The notes beneath the pieces were generated by a model. It saw only the letters and a program-made list of their open reading frames with translations, did no database searches and was not told the DNA's origin. A DNA stretch of 64,000 nt from Squalus acanthias. Its lineage: Eukaryota. A program made the translations under genes and the position numbers. Every line of letters begins with the position of its first letter. The first letter of the stretch is position 1. The DNA lies in contig JASTWF010000344.1 of NCBI GenBank assembly GCA_030390025.1, forward strand, positions 186,001 through 250,000, in the 5' to 3' direction. Of the stretch, positions 23,431 through 37,109 are shown piece after piece.

Positions 23431-23845
23431 CGGGTGCAGCACCACTCAAGAAGCTCATCCAGGACAGAGCAGTCTGTTTGATCGCCCGGGGCCCCTGCCA
23501 CTGGACTCCACTCCTTCCACCTCATGTGCACCGTGGCTGCAGTGTGTACAATCTACAGGATGCACTGTAGCGACTCAAGAAGGCTTCTTCGACAGCACCT
23601 CCCAAACCCGCGACCTCTACCGCCTGGAAGGACAAGGGCAGCAATGTTGTGGGAACATCATCACCTCCAAGCCACACACCATCCTGACTTGGACATATAT
23701 CGGCCGTTCCATCATCGTCTTTGGGTCAAAATCCTGGAATTCCTGACCTAACAGAACTGTGGGAGCACCTTCACCACAAGGATTGCAGCGGTTCAAGGTG
23801 GCGGCTCACCACCACCTTCTCAAGGCAACGAGGGATGGGCAATAA
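23431..23845 (+). mobile_element. 3' fragment of the second LINE family (as 41107-42215)
   Basis: TVAAVCTIYRMHCS...HLPNPRP; tail ctcaccaccaccttctcaagg. Confidence 0.8.
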
Positions 23846-24550
23846 ACAACAACTTATATTTATATAGTGCCTTTAATGTAGTAAAATGTCCCAAGGCGCT
23901 TCACAGGAGTGTTATCAAACAAAATTTGACACCGAGCCACATAATGAGATATTAGGGCAGATGACCAAAAGCTTGATCAAAGAGGTAGGTTTCAAGGTGT
24001 GTCTTAAAGGAGGAATGAGAGGCAGAGAGGTTTAGGGCCTAGGCAGCTGAAGGCATGGCCACCAATGGTGGAGCGATTAAAATTGGGGATGCTCAAGAGG
24101 CCAGAATTAGAGGAGTGCAGATATCCTGGAAGGTTGTGGGGCTGGAGGAGATTACAGAGATAGGGAGGGGCGACGCCATGGAAGGATTTGAAAACAAGGA
24201 TGAACATTTTAAAATCAAGGCGTTGCTCAACTGGGAGCCAATGTAGGTCAGCGAGCACAGGGGTGCTGGGCGAACGGGACTTGGTGCGAGTTAGGACACA
24301 GGCAGCAGAGTTTTGGATGGCCTCAAGTTTACGGAGGGTAGAATGTGGGAGGCCAGCTAGGAGTGTGTTGGAATAGTCAAGTCCAGAGGTAACAAAAGCA
24401 TGGATGAGGGTTTCAGCAGCAGATGAGCTGAGGCAGGGGCGGGGACAGGCGATGTTCCGGAGGTGGGAATAGCCGGTCTTATTGGTGGCATGGATAAGTG
24501 GTCGGAAGCTCATCTCGGGGTCAAATATGACACCGAGGTTGCGAACAGTC
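23846..24550 (-). mobile_element. L2-clade LINE 3' fragment
   Basis: RNLGVIFD, LIHAFVTSGLDYSN, LHWLPV; tail ending aaggcactatataaatataagttgttgtt. Confidence 0.85.
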
Positions 24551-26822
24551 AGCCACAATCTGTAACCTCATGGCCCGGCATATCCCTCATTTGACCATTA
24601 CCATCAAGCCAGGAGACCAACCTTGGTTCAATAAGGAGTGTAGAAGAGCATGCCAGGAGCAGCACCAGGCGTACCAAAAAATGAAGTGCCAACCTGGTGA
24701 AGCTACAACACAGGGCTACATACATGCTAAACAGCGGAAGCAGCATGCTATAGACAGAGCTAAGTGATCCCACAACCAACGGATCAGATCAAAGCTCTGC
24801 AGTCCTGCCACATCCAGTCATGAATGGTGGTGGTCAATTAAACAACTAACGAGAGGAGGAGGCTCCATGAATATCCCCATCCTCACCGATGGCAGAGCCC
24901 AGCACGTGAGTGCAAAAGACAAGGCTGAAGCATTCGCAACCATCTTCAGCCAGAAGTGCCGAGTGGATGATCCATCTCAGCCTCCTCCTGAGGTCCCCAC
25001 CATCACAGAAGCCAGTCTTCAGCCAATTCGATTCACTCCATGTGATATCAAGAAATGGCTGAGCGCACTGGATACAGCAAAGGCTATGGACCCCGACAAT
25101 ATCCCGGCTATCATGCTGAAGACTTGTGCTCCAGAACTAGCCGCGCTTCCAGCCAAGCTGTTCCAGTACAGCTACAACACTGGCACCTACCCGACAATGT
25201 GGAAAATTGCCCATATACATCCTGTCCACAAAAAGCAGGACAGATCCAATTACCACCATATCAGTCGACTCTCAATCATCAGCAAAGTGATGGAAGGTGT
25301 CGTCGACAGTCATATCAGGCGGCACTTACTCACCAATAACCTGCTCAACGATGCTCAGTTAGGGTTCTGCCAGGACCACTCGGCTCCCGACCTCATTACA
25401 GTCTTGGTCCAAACATGGACAAAAGAGCTGAATTCCAGAGGTGAGGTGAGAGTTACTGCCCTTGACATCAAGGCAGCATTTGACCGAGTCTGGCATCAAG
25501 GAGCCCTAGTAAAACTGAAGTCAATGGGAATCGGGGAAAACACTCCACTGGCTGTAGTCATACCTAGCACAAAGGAAGATGGTTGTGGTTGTTAGAGGCC
25601 AACATCTCAGCCCCAGGACATCGCTGCAGGAGTTCCTCAGGGCAGTGTCCTAGGCCCAACCATCTTCATCAATGACCTTCCCTCCATCATAGGACCAGAA
25701 GTGGGGATGTTCGCGGATGACTGCACAGTGTTCAGTTCCATTTGCAACTCCTCAGATAATGAAGCAGTCCATGCCCGCATGCAGGAAGACCTGGACAACA
25801 TTCAGGCTTGAGCTGATAAGTGGCAAGTAACAGGCAATGACCATCTCCAGCAAGAGAGAATCTAACCACCGTCCCTTGACATTCAACGACATTACCATCG
25901 CCGAATCCCCCACCATCAACATCCTGAGGGTCACCATTGACCAGAAATTTAACTGGACCAGCCACATACAGGAAACTTTCGTTTATCCGGCACCCAAATA
26001 TCCGGAATTCTCGCTTAACCGGCAAAAATCATCCTCCGAAAACTCCTCTCAAATAACCGGCAATGTTGCTGAGTCGCAGTCAAGTCTCCGCGAACGCCGA
26101 GTGCTCCAAAAACTCCTCTCAAATAACCGGCAATGTTGCCGATCCTGAGTCCGAGTCCGCGAACGCCGATTTAGTCAGTAGGGGTACTTTTCAAAAGTGC
26201 CACTACTCGGCCTCCTGGCGCTGTCGGAAGTCCGAAACACTGCAGTAGCAGGAGTTGATTCTCCCGCGCTGCCTGGAGTCTCTTTGTTAAAAATAGCCTC
26301 GGTAGATATAACTCTCCGTTATCCGGTACTTTCGATAAACCGGCACCACGCCGGTCCCGTCGATGCCGGATAAACAAAAGTTTCCTGTAAATACTGTGGC
26401 AATAAGAACAGGTCAGAGGCTGGGTATTCTGCGGCAAGTGTCTCACCTCCTGACTCCCCAAAGCTTTTCCACCATCTACAAGGCATAAGTAAGGAGTGTG
26501 ATGGAATACTCTCCACTTGCCTGGATGAGTGCAGCTCCAACAACACTCAAGAAGCTCAACATCATCCAGGACAAAGCAGCCGCTTGATTGGCACCCCATC
26601 CACCACCTTCAACATTCACTCCCTCCACCACCGGCGAACCGTGGCTGCAGTGTGTACCATCTACAAGATGCACTGCAGCAACTCACCAAGGCTTCTTCAC
26701 CAGCACCTCCCAAACCTACGACCTCTACCACCTGGAAGGACAAGGGCAGCAGGTGCATGGGAACACCACCACCTCTACGTTCCCCTCCAAGTCTCACACC
26801 ATCCTGACTTGGAAATATATCA
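24551..26822 (+). mobile_element. LINE ORF2 fragment of a CR1/L2-group clade (possibly Crack/Daphne-like)
   Basis: [27 protein letters not shown]; frameshifted; clade assignment tentative. Confidence 0.8.
25969..26387. mobile_element. Tc1/mariner (Tigger/pogo-like) MITE
   Basis: 24-bp TIRs CAGGAAACTTTYGTTTATCCGGCA (23/24), TA TSD; empty site CCACATAAATACTG seen in the paralogous LINE at ~41583. Confidence 0.9.
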
Positions 26823-26865
26823 CTCCTTCTGTGTCTGATTCTATACACACCGCCTCAGACAAGTG

Positions 26866-26990
26866 ACAGCTGAGCTGAGTGGGAATATTCTCCCCTGAGT
26901 CAGAAGGTTGTGGGTTCAGGCATTGAGCACATGATCTAGTTTGACACCTCTGCAGTATCGCGGGAGCTCCGTGCCCTGAGCGGATTGCGT
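26866..26990 (+). mobile_element. Degenerate Deu-SINE head
   Basis: cctgagtcagaaggttgtgggttca...tgagcaca...gacac...gcagta matches the head of 9145-9816. Confidence 0.6.
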
Positions 26991-27004
26991 GCCTAGGCTG
27001 TGTG

Positions 27005-27482
27005 TCAGTGGGGGGGTGAGCTGTGGGGTGAGTGTGAGCGGGGGGGAGAGTGTGAGCGGAGGGGGAGAGTGTGAGTGGGTGTGAGAGTGTGAGCAGAGTG
27101 TGAGTGTGAGCGTGAGTGTGAGCAGGGGTGTGAGTGTGAGCAGGGTGTGAGTGTGAGCAGAGTGAGTGTGAGCAGGGGTGTGAGGGTGTGTGTGTGAGCA
27201 GAGTGTGGGTGTGAGTGTGAGCAGGGGTGTGAGTGTGAGCAGGGGTGTGAGTGTGAGCAGGGGTGTGAGTGAGCAGGGGTGTGAGGGTGTGTGTGAGCAG
27301 AGTGTGAGCAGGGGTGTGAGTGTGAGCAGGGGTGTGAGTGTGTGTGAGTGTGAGCAGGGGTGTGAGTGTGAGCAGGGGTGTGAGTGTGAGCAGGGGAGTG
27401 AGGGTGTGTGTGTGAGCAGAGTGTGAGGGTGTGAGCAGGGGTGTGAGGGTGTGTGTGAGCGTGAGCAGAATGTGTGTGTGAG
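27005..27482. repeat. GT/GA-rich satellite (about 18-bp GTGTGAGTGTGAGCAGGG units)
   Basis: Direct inspection. Confidence 0.9.
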
Positions 27483-27837
27483 TGGTGGTGTATGGCACAG
27501 ACTTGAGCTGAGCGTATCTGGCACATAGCTGGTTAATGCAGCCATCACCACATCTGGCCATCAGGCCTCGCTCTCCGCTGTGAAACTGCTCACTACTCTC
27601 GGATCATCCAGGGAGGGGTGATGAGCCCTGGTTATTTCCCACTATCCCCGAGCGCGGGCTGGAAGTACAGGTGCCTCTGCTGATTCTGAGGATAATGAAA
27701 TAGCTCATTGTTTGCAAAACAGTTAGGAGAGTTGATTTTTTGCAAAGTTACAATACTGTTTGTGTTTTCCCAGCCTGTGAAGCATATTTGTAACTAGCAG
27801 AGCGAGTGGGTAAGTACCCAAACGGTTCTGAACCTCA

Positions 27838-27853
27838 CCAGCAGGTGGCAGTG
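27838..27853 (+). promoter_or_regulatory. Candidate CTCF binding site
   Basis: CCAGCAGGTGGCAGTG fits the CCASYAGRKGGCRS core, in non-repeat sequence. Confidence 0.5.
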
Positions 27854-28160
27854 CCGCTCCTTTAAAGGGCAGTTGACATCCGTGCTTCTATTGACAGCAA
27901 ATTGTAACGAGGAACAGGAGGAGGCCATTCAGCCACTCGAGGCTGTTCCACCATTCAATCAGATCACGGCTGAACTGTACCTCAACTCCATGTCCCTGGA
28001 TACCCAGAGTGCAGACCCTGAGGTAACCAGCAACTGTCTGCTTTGAGACTCCAAACACCCAGCAGCTTGGAGCTGCCACACTCACGGGGAACTGAGAAAA
28101 GCCCAGGTTAAATTAAACAACACCTTTGGTGGTGGGAGAGGAAGAGGGATAGGGCCAGCC

Positions 28161-29646
28161 ACACTGACCCCCCCACCCCCCCTACACACTGACCCCCCCC
28201 ACACACACTGACCCCCCCCACACACACTGACCCCCCCCACACACACTGACCCCCCACACACACTGACCCCCCCCACACACACTGACCCCCCCCACACACA
28301 CTGACCCCCCACACACACTGACCCCCCCCACACACACTGACCCCCCCCACACACACTGACCCCCCCCCCACACACACACTGACCCCCCCACACACACACA
28401 CTGACCCCCCCACACACACACACTGACCCCCCCACACACACACACTGACCCCCCCACACACACACTGACCCCCCCACACACACTGACCCCCCCCCCACAC
28501 ACACACTGACCCCCCCCACACACACTGACACCCCCCCCCCACACACACTGACACCCCCCCCCACACACACACTGACCCCCCCCCACACACACTGACCCCC
28601 CCCCACACACACACTGACCCCCCCCACACACACACACACTGACCCCCCCCCCCACACACACACACACTGACCCCCCCCACACACACTGACCCCCCCCCAC
28701 ACACACACACTGACCCCCCCCACACACACTGACCCCCCCCACACACACACTGACCCCCCCCCACACACACACACTGACCCCCCCCCCACACACACTGACC
28801 CCCCCCCACACACACACTGACCCCCCCCACACACACTGACCCCCCCACACACACACACACTGACCCCCCCCACACACACTGACCCCCCCCCACACACACA
28901 CTGACCCCCCCCACACACACACTGACCCCCCCCACACACACACTGACCCCCCCACACACACTGACCCCCCCCACACACACTGACCCCCCCCCCCACACAC
29001 ACACTGACCCCCCACACACACACACACACTGACCCCCCCCCACACACACACTGACCCCCCCCCCACACACACACTGACCCCCCCCCCACACACACACTGA
29101 CCCCCCACACACACACACTGACCCCCACACACACACACTGACCCCCCCACACACACACACTGACCCCCACACACACACACACTGACCCCCCCACACACAC
29201 ACTGACCCCCCCCACACACACTGACCCCCCCACACACACACTGACCCCCCCACACACACACTGACCCCCCCACACACACACTGACCACCCCCACACACAC
29301 TGACCCCCCCCCACACACACACTGACCCCCCCCCACACACACACTGACCCCCCCACACACACACACTGACCCCCCCCACACACACACTGACCCCCCCACA
29401 CACACACTGACCACCCCCCACACACACTGACCCCCCCACACACACACACTGACCCCCCCACACACACACTGACCCCCCCCACACACACACACTGACCCCC
29501 CCACACACACTGACCCCCCACACACACACACACTGACCCCCCCCCACACACACACACTGACCCCCCCACACACACTGACCCCCCACACACACACACACTG
29601 ACCCCACCCCACACACACACAGACCCCCCCACACACACACACACTG
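28161..29646. repeat. CTGA-C(n)-(AC)n satellite, left part
   Basis: About 20-bp variable units. Confidence 0.95.
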
Positions 29647-29713
29647 ACTTAACTCCTGGACCTAAGATAAATAAGTTTAAATTTTAGTAATAAAGTAACA
29701 TAAGGGTTAAGTC

Positions 29714-30659
29714 ATGACAGGAAGTCTCGGACCCGTTTCATGCTCCTCCTGTGCCATGTGGGAAACCAGGGACACTTCCAGTGTCCCTGACAACTACGTG
29801 TGCGGGAAGTCTGTCGAGCTGCAGCTCCTGACAGCCCGCATGGCGGTGCTGGAGCTGCGGGTGGACTCACTCCGGAGCATGCACGATGCCGAGAACTCGG
29901 TGAATCGCTCATTTAGTGAGTTGTCCACACCGCAGGTAAAGGCTAGGACAGACAGTGTATGGGTGACCAAGAAGCAGGGCAATATCAGGAAGGTAGTGCA
30001 GGAGTCTCCTGTGGTCATCTCCCTCCAAAACAGGTATGCCGCTTTGGATACTGTTGGGGGAGATGGCCTACCAGGGGAAGGCACCAGCAGCCAGGTTCAT
30101 GGCACCATGGCTGGCTCTGCTGCACAGCAGGGCGGGAAAAAGAGTGGTAGGGCTATAGTGATAGGGGACTCAATTGTAAGGGGAATAGACAGGAGTTTCT
30201 GTGGCCGTAACCGAGATTCCAGGATGGTATGTTGCCTCCCTGGTGCAAGGGTCAAGGATGTCTCGGAGCGGCTGCAGAACATTCTGAAGAGGGAGGGTGA
30301 ACAGCCAGCTGTCGTGGTGCATGTAGGTACCAACGATATAGGTAAAAAGCGGGAAGAGGTCCTACAAGCAGAATTTAGGGAGCTAGGAGCTAAATTAAAA
30401 AGTAGGACCTCTAAGGTAGTAATCTCTGGATTGCTACCAGGGCCACGAGCTAATCAGAATAGAGAGAACAGGATAGTGAGATTGAATACGTGGCTTGAGC
30501 AGTGGTGCAGGAGGGAGGGATTCAAATTCCTGAGGCATTGGAACCAGTTCTGGGGGAAGTGGGACCTGTACAAAAGGGACGGTCCTGCACTTGGGCAGGA
30601 CTGGAACCGATGTCCTCGGGGTAATATTTGCTAAAGCAGTTCGGGAGGATTTAAACTAA
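29714..30659 (+). pseudogene. CR1 ORF1 (zinc finger plus SGNH esterase), extra C near 30584
   Basis: CSSC, IGDSIVRG, HVGTND; removing one C restores RDGLHLGRTG...EDLN-stop. Confidence 0.85.
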
Positions 30660-30706
30660 TATGGCAGGGGAAGGGGAACCTATGTAGCGAAACAGGGGGA
30701 AGTAAT

Positions 30707-33642
30707 ATGCAGTCAGAAACAAATGTTAGAAGGGTGAGAAACAATAGGGGAAGGCCGAGTAAACAAAGGCAAGCAACACAAAGGGCCATACTAAATCATA
30801 AGTCTAAAAGGACAAAGGATGTTAATAAAATAAGCCTAAAGGCTCTGTGTCTTAATGCAAGGAGTATCCTTAATAAGGTGGATGAATTGACTGTGCAAAT
30901 AGATGTTAACGGATACGATGTGATTGGGATTACAGAGACGTGGCTCCAGAACAATCAAGGCTGGGAACTGAACATCCAGGGGTATTCAACATTCAGAAAG
31001 GATAGAATAAAAGGAAAAGGGGGTGGGGTAGCATTGCTGGTTAAAGAGGAGATTAATGCAATAGCTAGGAAGGACATCAGCTTGGAGGATGTGGAATCAA
31101 TATGGGTTGAGCTGCAGAACACCAAAGGGCAGAAAACGTTAGTGGGAGTTGTGTACAGACCTCCAAACAGCAGTGGTGAGGTGGGGGAGGGTATGAAACA
31201 GGAAATCAGAGGTGCGTGCAAAAAAGGCACGGTAGTTATCATGGGTGACTTTAATATGCATATAGATTGGGCTACTCAAACTGGAAGCAATACGGTGGAG
31301 GAGGATTTCCTGGAGTGTTTAAGGGATGGTTTCCTAAACCAATATGTTGAGGAACCAACTCGAGGGGAGGCCATCCTGGACTGGGTGTTGTGTAATGAGG
31401 AAGGACTAATCAGCAATCTTGTGGTACGAGGCCCCCTGGGGAAGAGTGACCATAGTATGGTGGAGTTCTACATTAGGATGGAGAAGGAAACAGTTAAGTC
31501 AGAGACCATGGTCCAGAACTTAAATAAGGGCAACTTTGATGGTATGAGGCGTGAATTGGCGAGGTTAAATTGGCAAGCGATATTTAAGGGGCTATCAGTG
31601 GAAGGGCAATGGCAGACATTTAGAGATCGCATGGATGAACTACAACAATTGTACATCCCGGTCTGGCGTAAAAATAAAAAAGGGAAGGTGGCTCAACCAT
31701 GGCTAACAAGGGAAATCAGGGATAGTATTAAAACCAAGGAAGTTGCATACAAATTGGCCAGAAGTAGCAGCAAACCCGGGGACTGGGAGAACTTCAAAAC
31801 TCAGCAAAGGAGGACGAAGGGTTTGATTAGGGCAGGGAAAATAAAATATGAAAGGAAGCTTGCAGAGAACATTAAAATGGACTGCAAAAGCTTCTATAAA
31901 TATGTAAAAAGAAAGAGGTTAGTAAAAACAAACGTAGGTCCCCTGCAGTCGGAAACAGGGCAAGTCGTAATGGGGAACAAGGAAATGGCAGATCAATTGA
32001 ACAAGTACTTTGGTTCGGTGTTTACTGTGGAGGACACACACAACCTGCCGGAAATAAAAGGGGTCAGAGGATCTGGTAAGAGGGAGGAGCTGAGGGAAAT
32101 CCTTATTAGTCGGGAAAAGGTATTGGGGAAATTGATGGGACTGAAGGCTGAAAAATCCCCGGGGCCTGATGGTCTGCATCCCAGAGTACTTAAGGAGGTG
32201 GCCTTGGAAATAGTGGATGCATTGACGATCATTTTCCAACATTCCTTAGACTCTGGATCAGTTCCGATGGAGTGGAGGGTGGCCAATGTAACCCCTCTTT
32301 TTAAAAAAGGAGGGAGGGAGAAAGCAGGGAATTATAGACTGGTCAGCCTGACATCGGTCGTGGGTAAAATGATGGAAGCAATTATTAAAGATGTCATAAC
32401 AGACCATTTGGAAAGTGGCGACATGATAGGTCCAAGTCAGCATGGATTTGTGAAAGGGAAATCATGCTTGACAAATCTTCTGGAATTTTTTGAGGATGTT
32501 TCCAATAGGGTGGACAGGGGGAACCAGTAGATGTGGTGTATTTGGACTTTCAGAAGGCCTTCGACAAGGTCCCACACAAGAGATTGGTGAGCAAAGTTAA
32601 AGCACATGGGATTGGGGGTAATGTGTTGACGTGGATTGAGAACTGGTTGGCACACAGGAAACAAAGAGTAGGAGTAAATGGGTACTTTTCAGAATGGCAG
32701 GCAGTGACCAGCGGGGTACCGCAGGGTTCGGTGCTGGGACCCCAGCTGTTTACATTATATATTAATGATTTGGACGAAGGGATTAAATGTAATATCTCCA
32801 AATTTGCGGATGACACTAAATTGGGAGGCAGTGTGAACAATGAGGAGGATGCTAGGAGGCTACAGAGTGACTTGGACAGGTTGGGTGAATGGGCAAATGT
32901 ATGGCAGATGAAGTACAATGTGGATAAATGTGAGGTTATCCACTTTGGTGGTAAAAATAGAGAGGCGGACTATTACCTGAATGGTGGCAGATTAGGGAAA
33001 GGGGAGGTGCAACGAGACCTGGGCGTCATGGTACATCAGTCACTGAAGGTGGGAATGCAAGTGCAGCAGGCAGTCAAGAAAGCAAACGGAATGATGGCCT
33101 TCATAGTAAGGGGATTTGAGTACAGGAGTAGGGAGGTGATGCTACAGTTGTACAGGGCCTTGGTGAGGCCACACCTGGAGTATTGTGCGCAGTTTTGGTC
33201 TCCTAACTTAAGGAAGGACATTCTTGCTATTGAGGGAGTGCAGCGAAGGTTCACTAGATTGATTCCTGGGATGGCCAGACTGACATATCAAGAAAGATTG
33301 GGTCAACTGAACTTGTATCCTCTGGAGTTCAGAAGAATGAGGGGGGATCTTATAGAGACATTTAAAATCCTGACTGGTTTAGACAAATTAGATGCGGGCA
33401 GAATGTTCCCAATGTTAGGGAAAACTAGAACCAGGGGTCACAGTCTAAGGATTAAGGGGAAGCCATTTAAGACTGAGCTGAGGAGGAACTTCTTCACCCA
33501 GAGAGTGGTGAATCTATGGAATTCTCTTCCACAGAAGGTTGTTGAGGCCAGTTCGCTAAATATATTCAAAAGGGAGTTAGATATAACACTCACAACTAGG
33601 GGGATCAAGGGGTATGGCGAGAAAGCAGGAATGGGGTACTGA
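30707..33642 (+). pseudogene. CR1 ORF2 (APE plus RT), one G missing in the G-run at 32517-32521
   Basis: 607-aa and 369-aa ORFs join as DRGEPVDVVYLDF if one G is added. Confidence 0.9.
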
Positions 33643-33741
33643 GGTAGCATGTTCAGCCATGAACGCATTGAATGGCGGTGCAGGCTCGAAGGACCGAATG
33701 GTCTACTCCTGTACCTATTTTCTATGTTTCTATGTTTCTAT

Positions 33742-36448
33742 GACCCCCCCCACACACACACACACACACACTCACTGACCCCCCACACACAGACCCCCCC
33801 ACACACACACTGACCCCCCCACACACACACACACACTGACCCCCCACACACACACACTGACCCCCCACACACACACACTGACCCCCCACACACACACACA
33901 GACCCCCCCACACACACACAGACCCCCCCACACACACACACACTGATCCCCCCACACACACACACACTGACCCCCCCACACACACACACACTGACCACCC
34001 CCACACACACACTGACCCCCCACACACAGACCCCCCCACACACACACACTGACCCCCCCCCACACACACACAAACCCCCCCACACACACACACTGACCCC
34101 CCCACACACACACACTGACCCCCCACACACACACACTGACCCCCCCACACACACACTGACCCCCCCCACACACACACACTGACCCCCCACACACACACAC
34201 TGACCCCCCCACACACACACTGACCCCCCCACACACACACACTGACCCCCCCCACACACACACTGACCCCCCCCCCACACACACACTGACCCCCCACACA
34301 CACACTGACCCCCCCACACACACACTGACCCCCACACACACACACACTGACCCCCCCCCCACACACACACACTGACCCCCCCCCCACACACACACACTGA
34401 CCCCCCACACACACACACTGACCCCCACACACACACTGACCCCCACACACACACTGACCCCCCCCACACACACTGACCCCCCCACACACACTGACCCCCC
34501 CCACACACACACACTGACCCCCCCCACACACACACTGACCCCCCCCCACACACACACTGACCCCCCCCACACACACTGACCCCCCCACACACACTGACCC
34601 CCCCCACACACACAGACCCCCCCCACACACACACTGACCCCCCCACACACACTGACCCCCCCCACACACACAGACCCCCCCCACACACACTCTGACCCCC
34701 CCCCACACACTGACCCCCCCCCCACACACACTGACCCCCCCCACACACACTGACCCCCCCACACACACACTGACCCCCCCCCCCACACACACACTGACCC
34801 CCCCCCACACACACTGACCCCCCCCCACACACACACACTGACCCCCCCCCCACACACACACTGACCCCCCCCACACACACTGACCCCCCCACACACACTG
34901 ACCCCCCCCACACACACTGACCCCCCCCACACACACACACTGACCACCCCCCACACACACACACTGACCCCCCCACACACACTGACCCCCCCACACACAC
35001 ACTGACCCCCCCCCACACACACACTGACCCCACCCACACACACTGACCCCCCCCACACACACACTGACCCCCCCCCACACACACTGAGCCCCCCACACAC
35101 ACTGACCCCCCCCACACACACTGACCCCCCCACACACACACACTGACCCCCCCCCCACACACACACTGACCCCCCCACACACACTGACCCCCCCCACACA
35201 CACACTGACCCCCCCCCACACACACTGAGCCCCCCACACACACTGACCCCCCCCACACACACTGACCCCCCCCCACACACACTGACCCCCCCACACACAC
35301 ACACTGACCACCCCCCACACACACTGACCCCCCCCCACACTGACCCCCCCCCCACACACACTGACCCCCCCCACACACACTGACCCCCCCCACACACTGA
35401 CCCCCCCCCACACACTGACCCCCCCCCACACACACTGACCCCCCCACACACACACTGACCCCCCCCCCCACACACACACTGACCCCCCCCCACACACACA
35501 CTGACCCCCCCCCACACACACTGACCCCCCCACACACACTGATCCCCCCCACACACACTGACCCCCCCCCACACACACTGACCCCCCCCACACACACTGA
35601 CCCCCCCCACACACACTGACCCCCCCCACACACACACACTGACCACCCCCCACACACACTGACCCCCCCACACACACACACTGACCCCCCCACACACACA
35701 CACACTGACCCCCCCACACACACACTGACCCCCCCACACACACACTGACCCCCCCACACACACACTGACCCCCCCCCACACACACTGACCCCCCCACACA
35801 CACACTGACCCCCCCCCACACACACACACTGACCCCCCCCCACACATACACTGACCCCCCCCCCACACACACACTGACCCCCCCACACACACACTGACCC
35901 CCCCACACACACACTGACCCCCCCCACACACTGACCCCCCCCACACACTGACCCCCCCCACACACTGACCCCCCCCACACACTGACCCCCCCACACACAC
36001 TGACCCCCCCCACACACTGACCCCCCCCACACACTGACCCCCCCCACACACTGACCCCCCCCCACACACTGACCCCCCCCACACACTGACCCCCACACAC
36101 ACACTGACCCCCCCCCACACACACTGACCCCCCCCACACACACTGACCCCCCCCACACACACTGACCCCCCCCTACACACACTGACCCCCCCCCACACAC
36201 ACTGACCCCCCCACACACACACTGACCCCCCCCCCACACACACTGACCCCCCCCCACACACTGACCCCCCCCCCACACACACTGACCCCCCCACACACAC
36301 ACTGACCCCCCCCACACACACTGACCCCCCCCCCCACACACTGACACCCCCCACACACACTGACCCCCCCACACACACACTGACCCCCCCCACACACTGA
36401 CCCCCCCCACACACACACTGACCCCCCCCACACACACTGACCCCCCCA
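33742..36448. repeat. CTGA-C(n)-(AC)n satellite, right part
   Basis: Same unit as 28161-29646. Confidence 0.95.
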
Positions 36449-37109
36449 ATACTCACACCCCTGTACACACAGGCTCTGTAACTCTCATTCAAAGACGAGT
36501 TGAGACTTGCACCGTGTAAAGAGATATAACCGAGGTTGTGGAGGCAGTGATGTGGTTGCCATTGGTAACTGTTGGTGTGGGTTGGGGATGAATCAGTGGC
36601 ATTTATCGCCTGTTTTGTTTAAAGTGTTTCCAGCTGTCTGCTGCAGTTAAGGATCTGATTTTAAGCTTCAGTTATCGAGTGCATCTCATTGCTGTGTCAG
36701 ACATTCCCAAACATTGCACTCCTTTAACGGCACAGCGTTACGTTTGGTGAGGGGAATTCTTCAGATGTGGCTTTTCCTTCATTCTTTCCTGTGATCCCGC
36801 CTCCCGTGAGTCCTTTAATGAAATTCCATGAACATCCTTTCCAGTCCTGTAGGAATTGAACAACTAATTGTCTCTATGAACTGTGAACATGCAGCCAGAA
36901 TGATTTCACAACTCTGAACCGATCAGAGCACAGGGACTCTTAAGGTTAAAGGAAGATTTCTAAATTTTTAAAGGTTTTGTGAGAGTAAATAGTGTACGAT
37001 TGTTTGCACTTGTTGCCAAAACAGTAACAAGGGGCTAGACTGAGGATCACCAGGAGTTAGAAAGCTCTGTTTTGCTCAGAGCGTTATTACAACATGGAAT
37101 GTTATCTGA

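Larger units (their letters stand above)
29647..33741 (+). mobile_element. Near full-length CR1 LINE inserted in the satellite
   Basis: ORF1 and ORF2 each have one 1-bp lesion; tail (TTTCTATG)n; the satellite resumes in register. Confidence 0.95.

Noticed and set aside
26794..27561. His/Thr/Pro-rich ORFs
   Set aside because: Translation of the GT/GA satellite
28082..36492. Long Gly/Val/Cys-rich ORFs (486-906 aa)
   Set aside because: Open in all three minus frames because the satellite lacks stops; not genes
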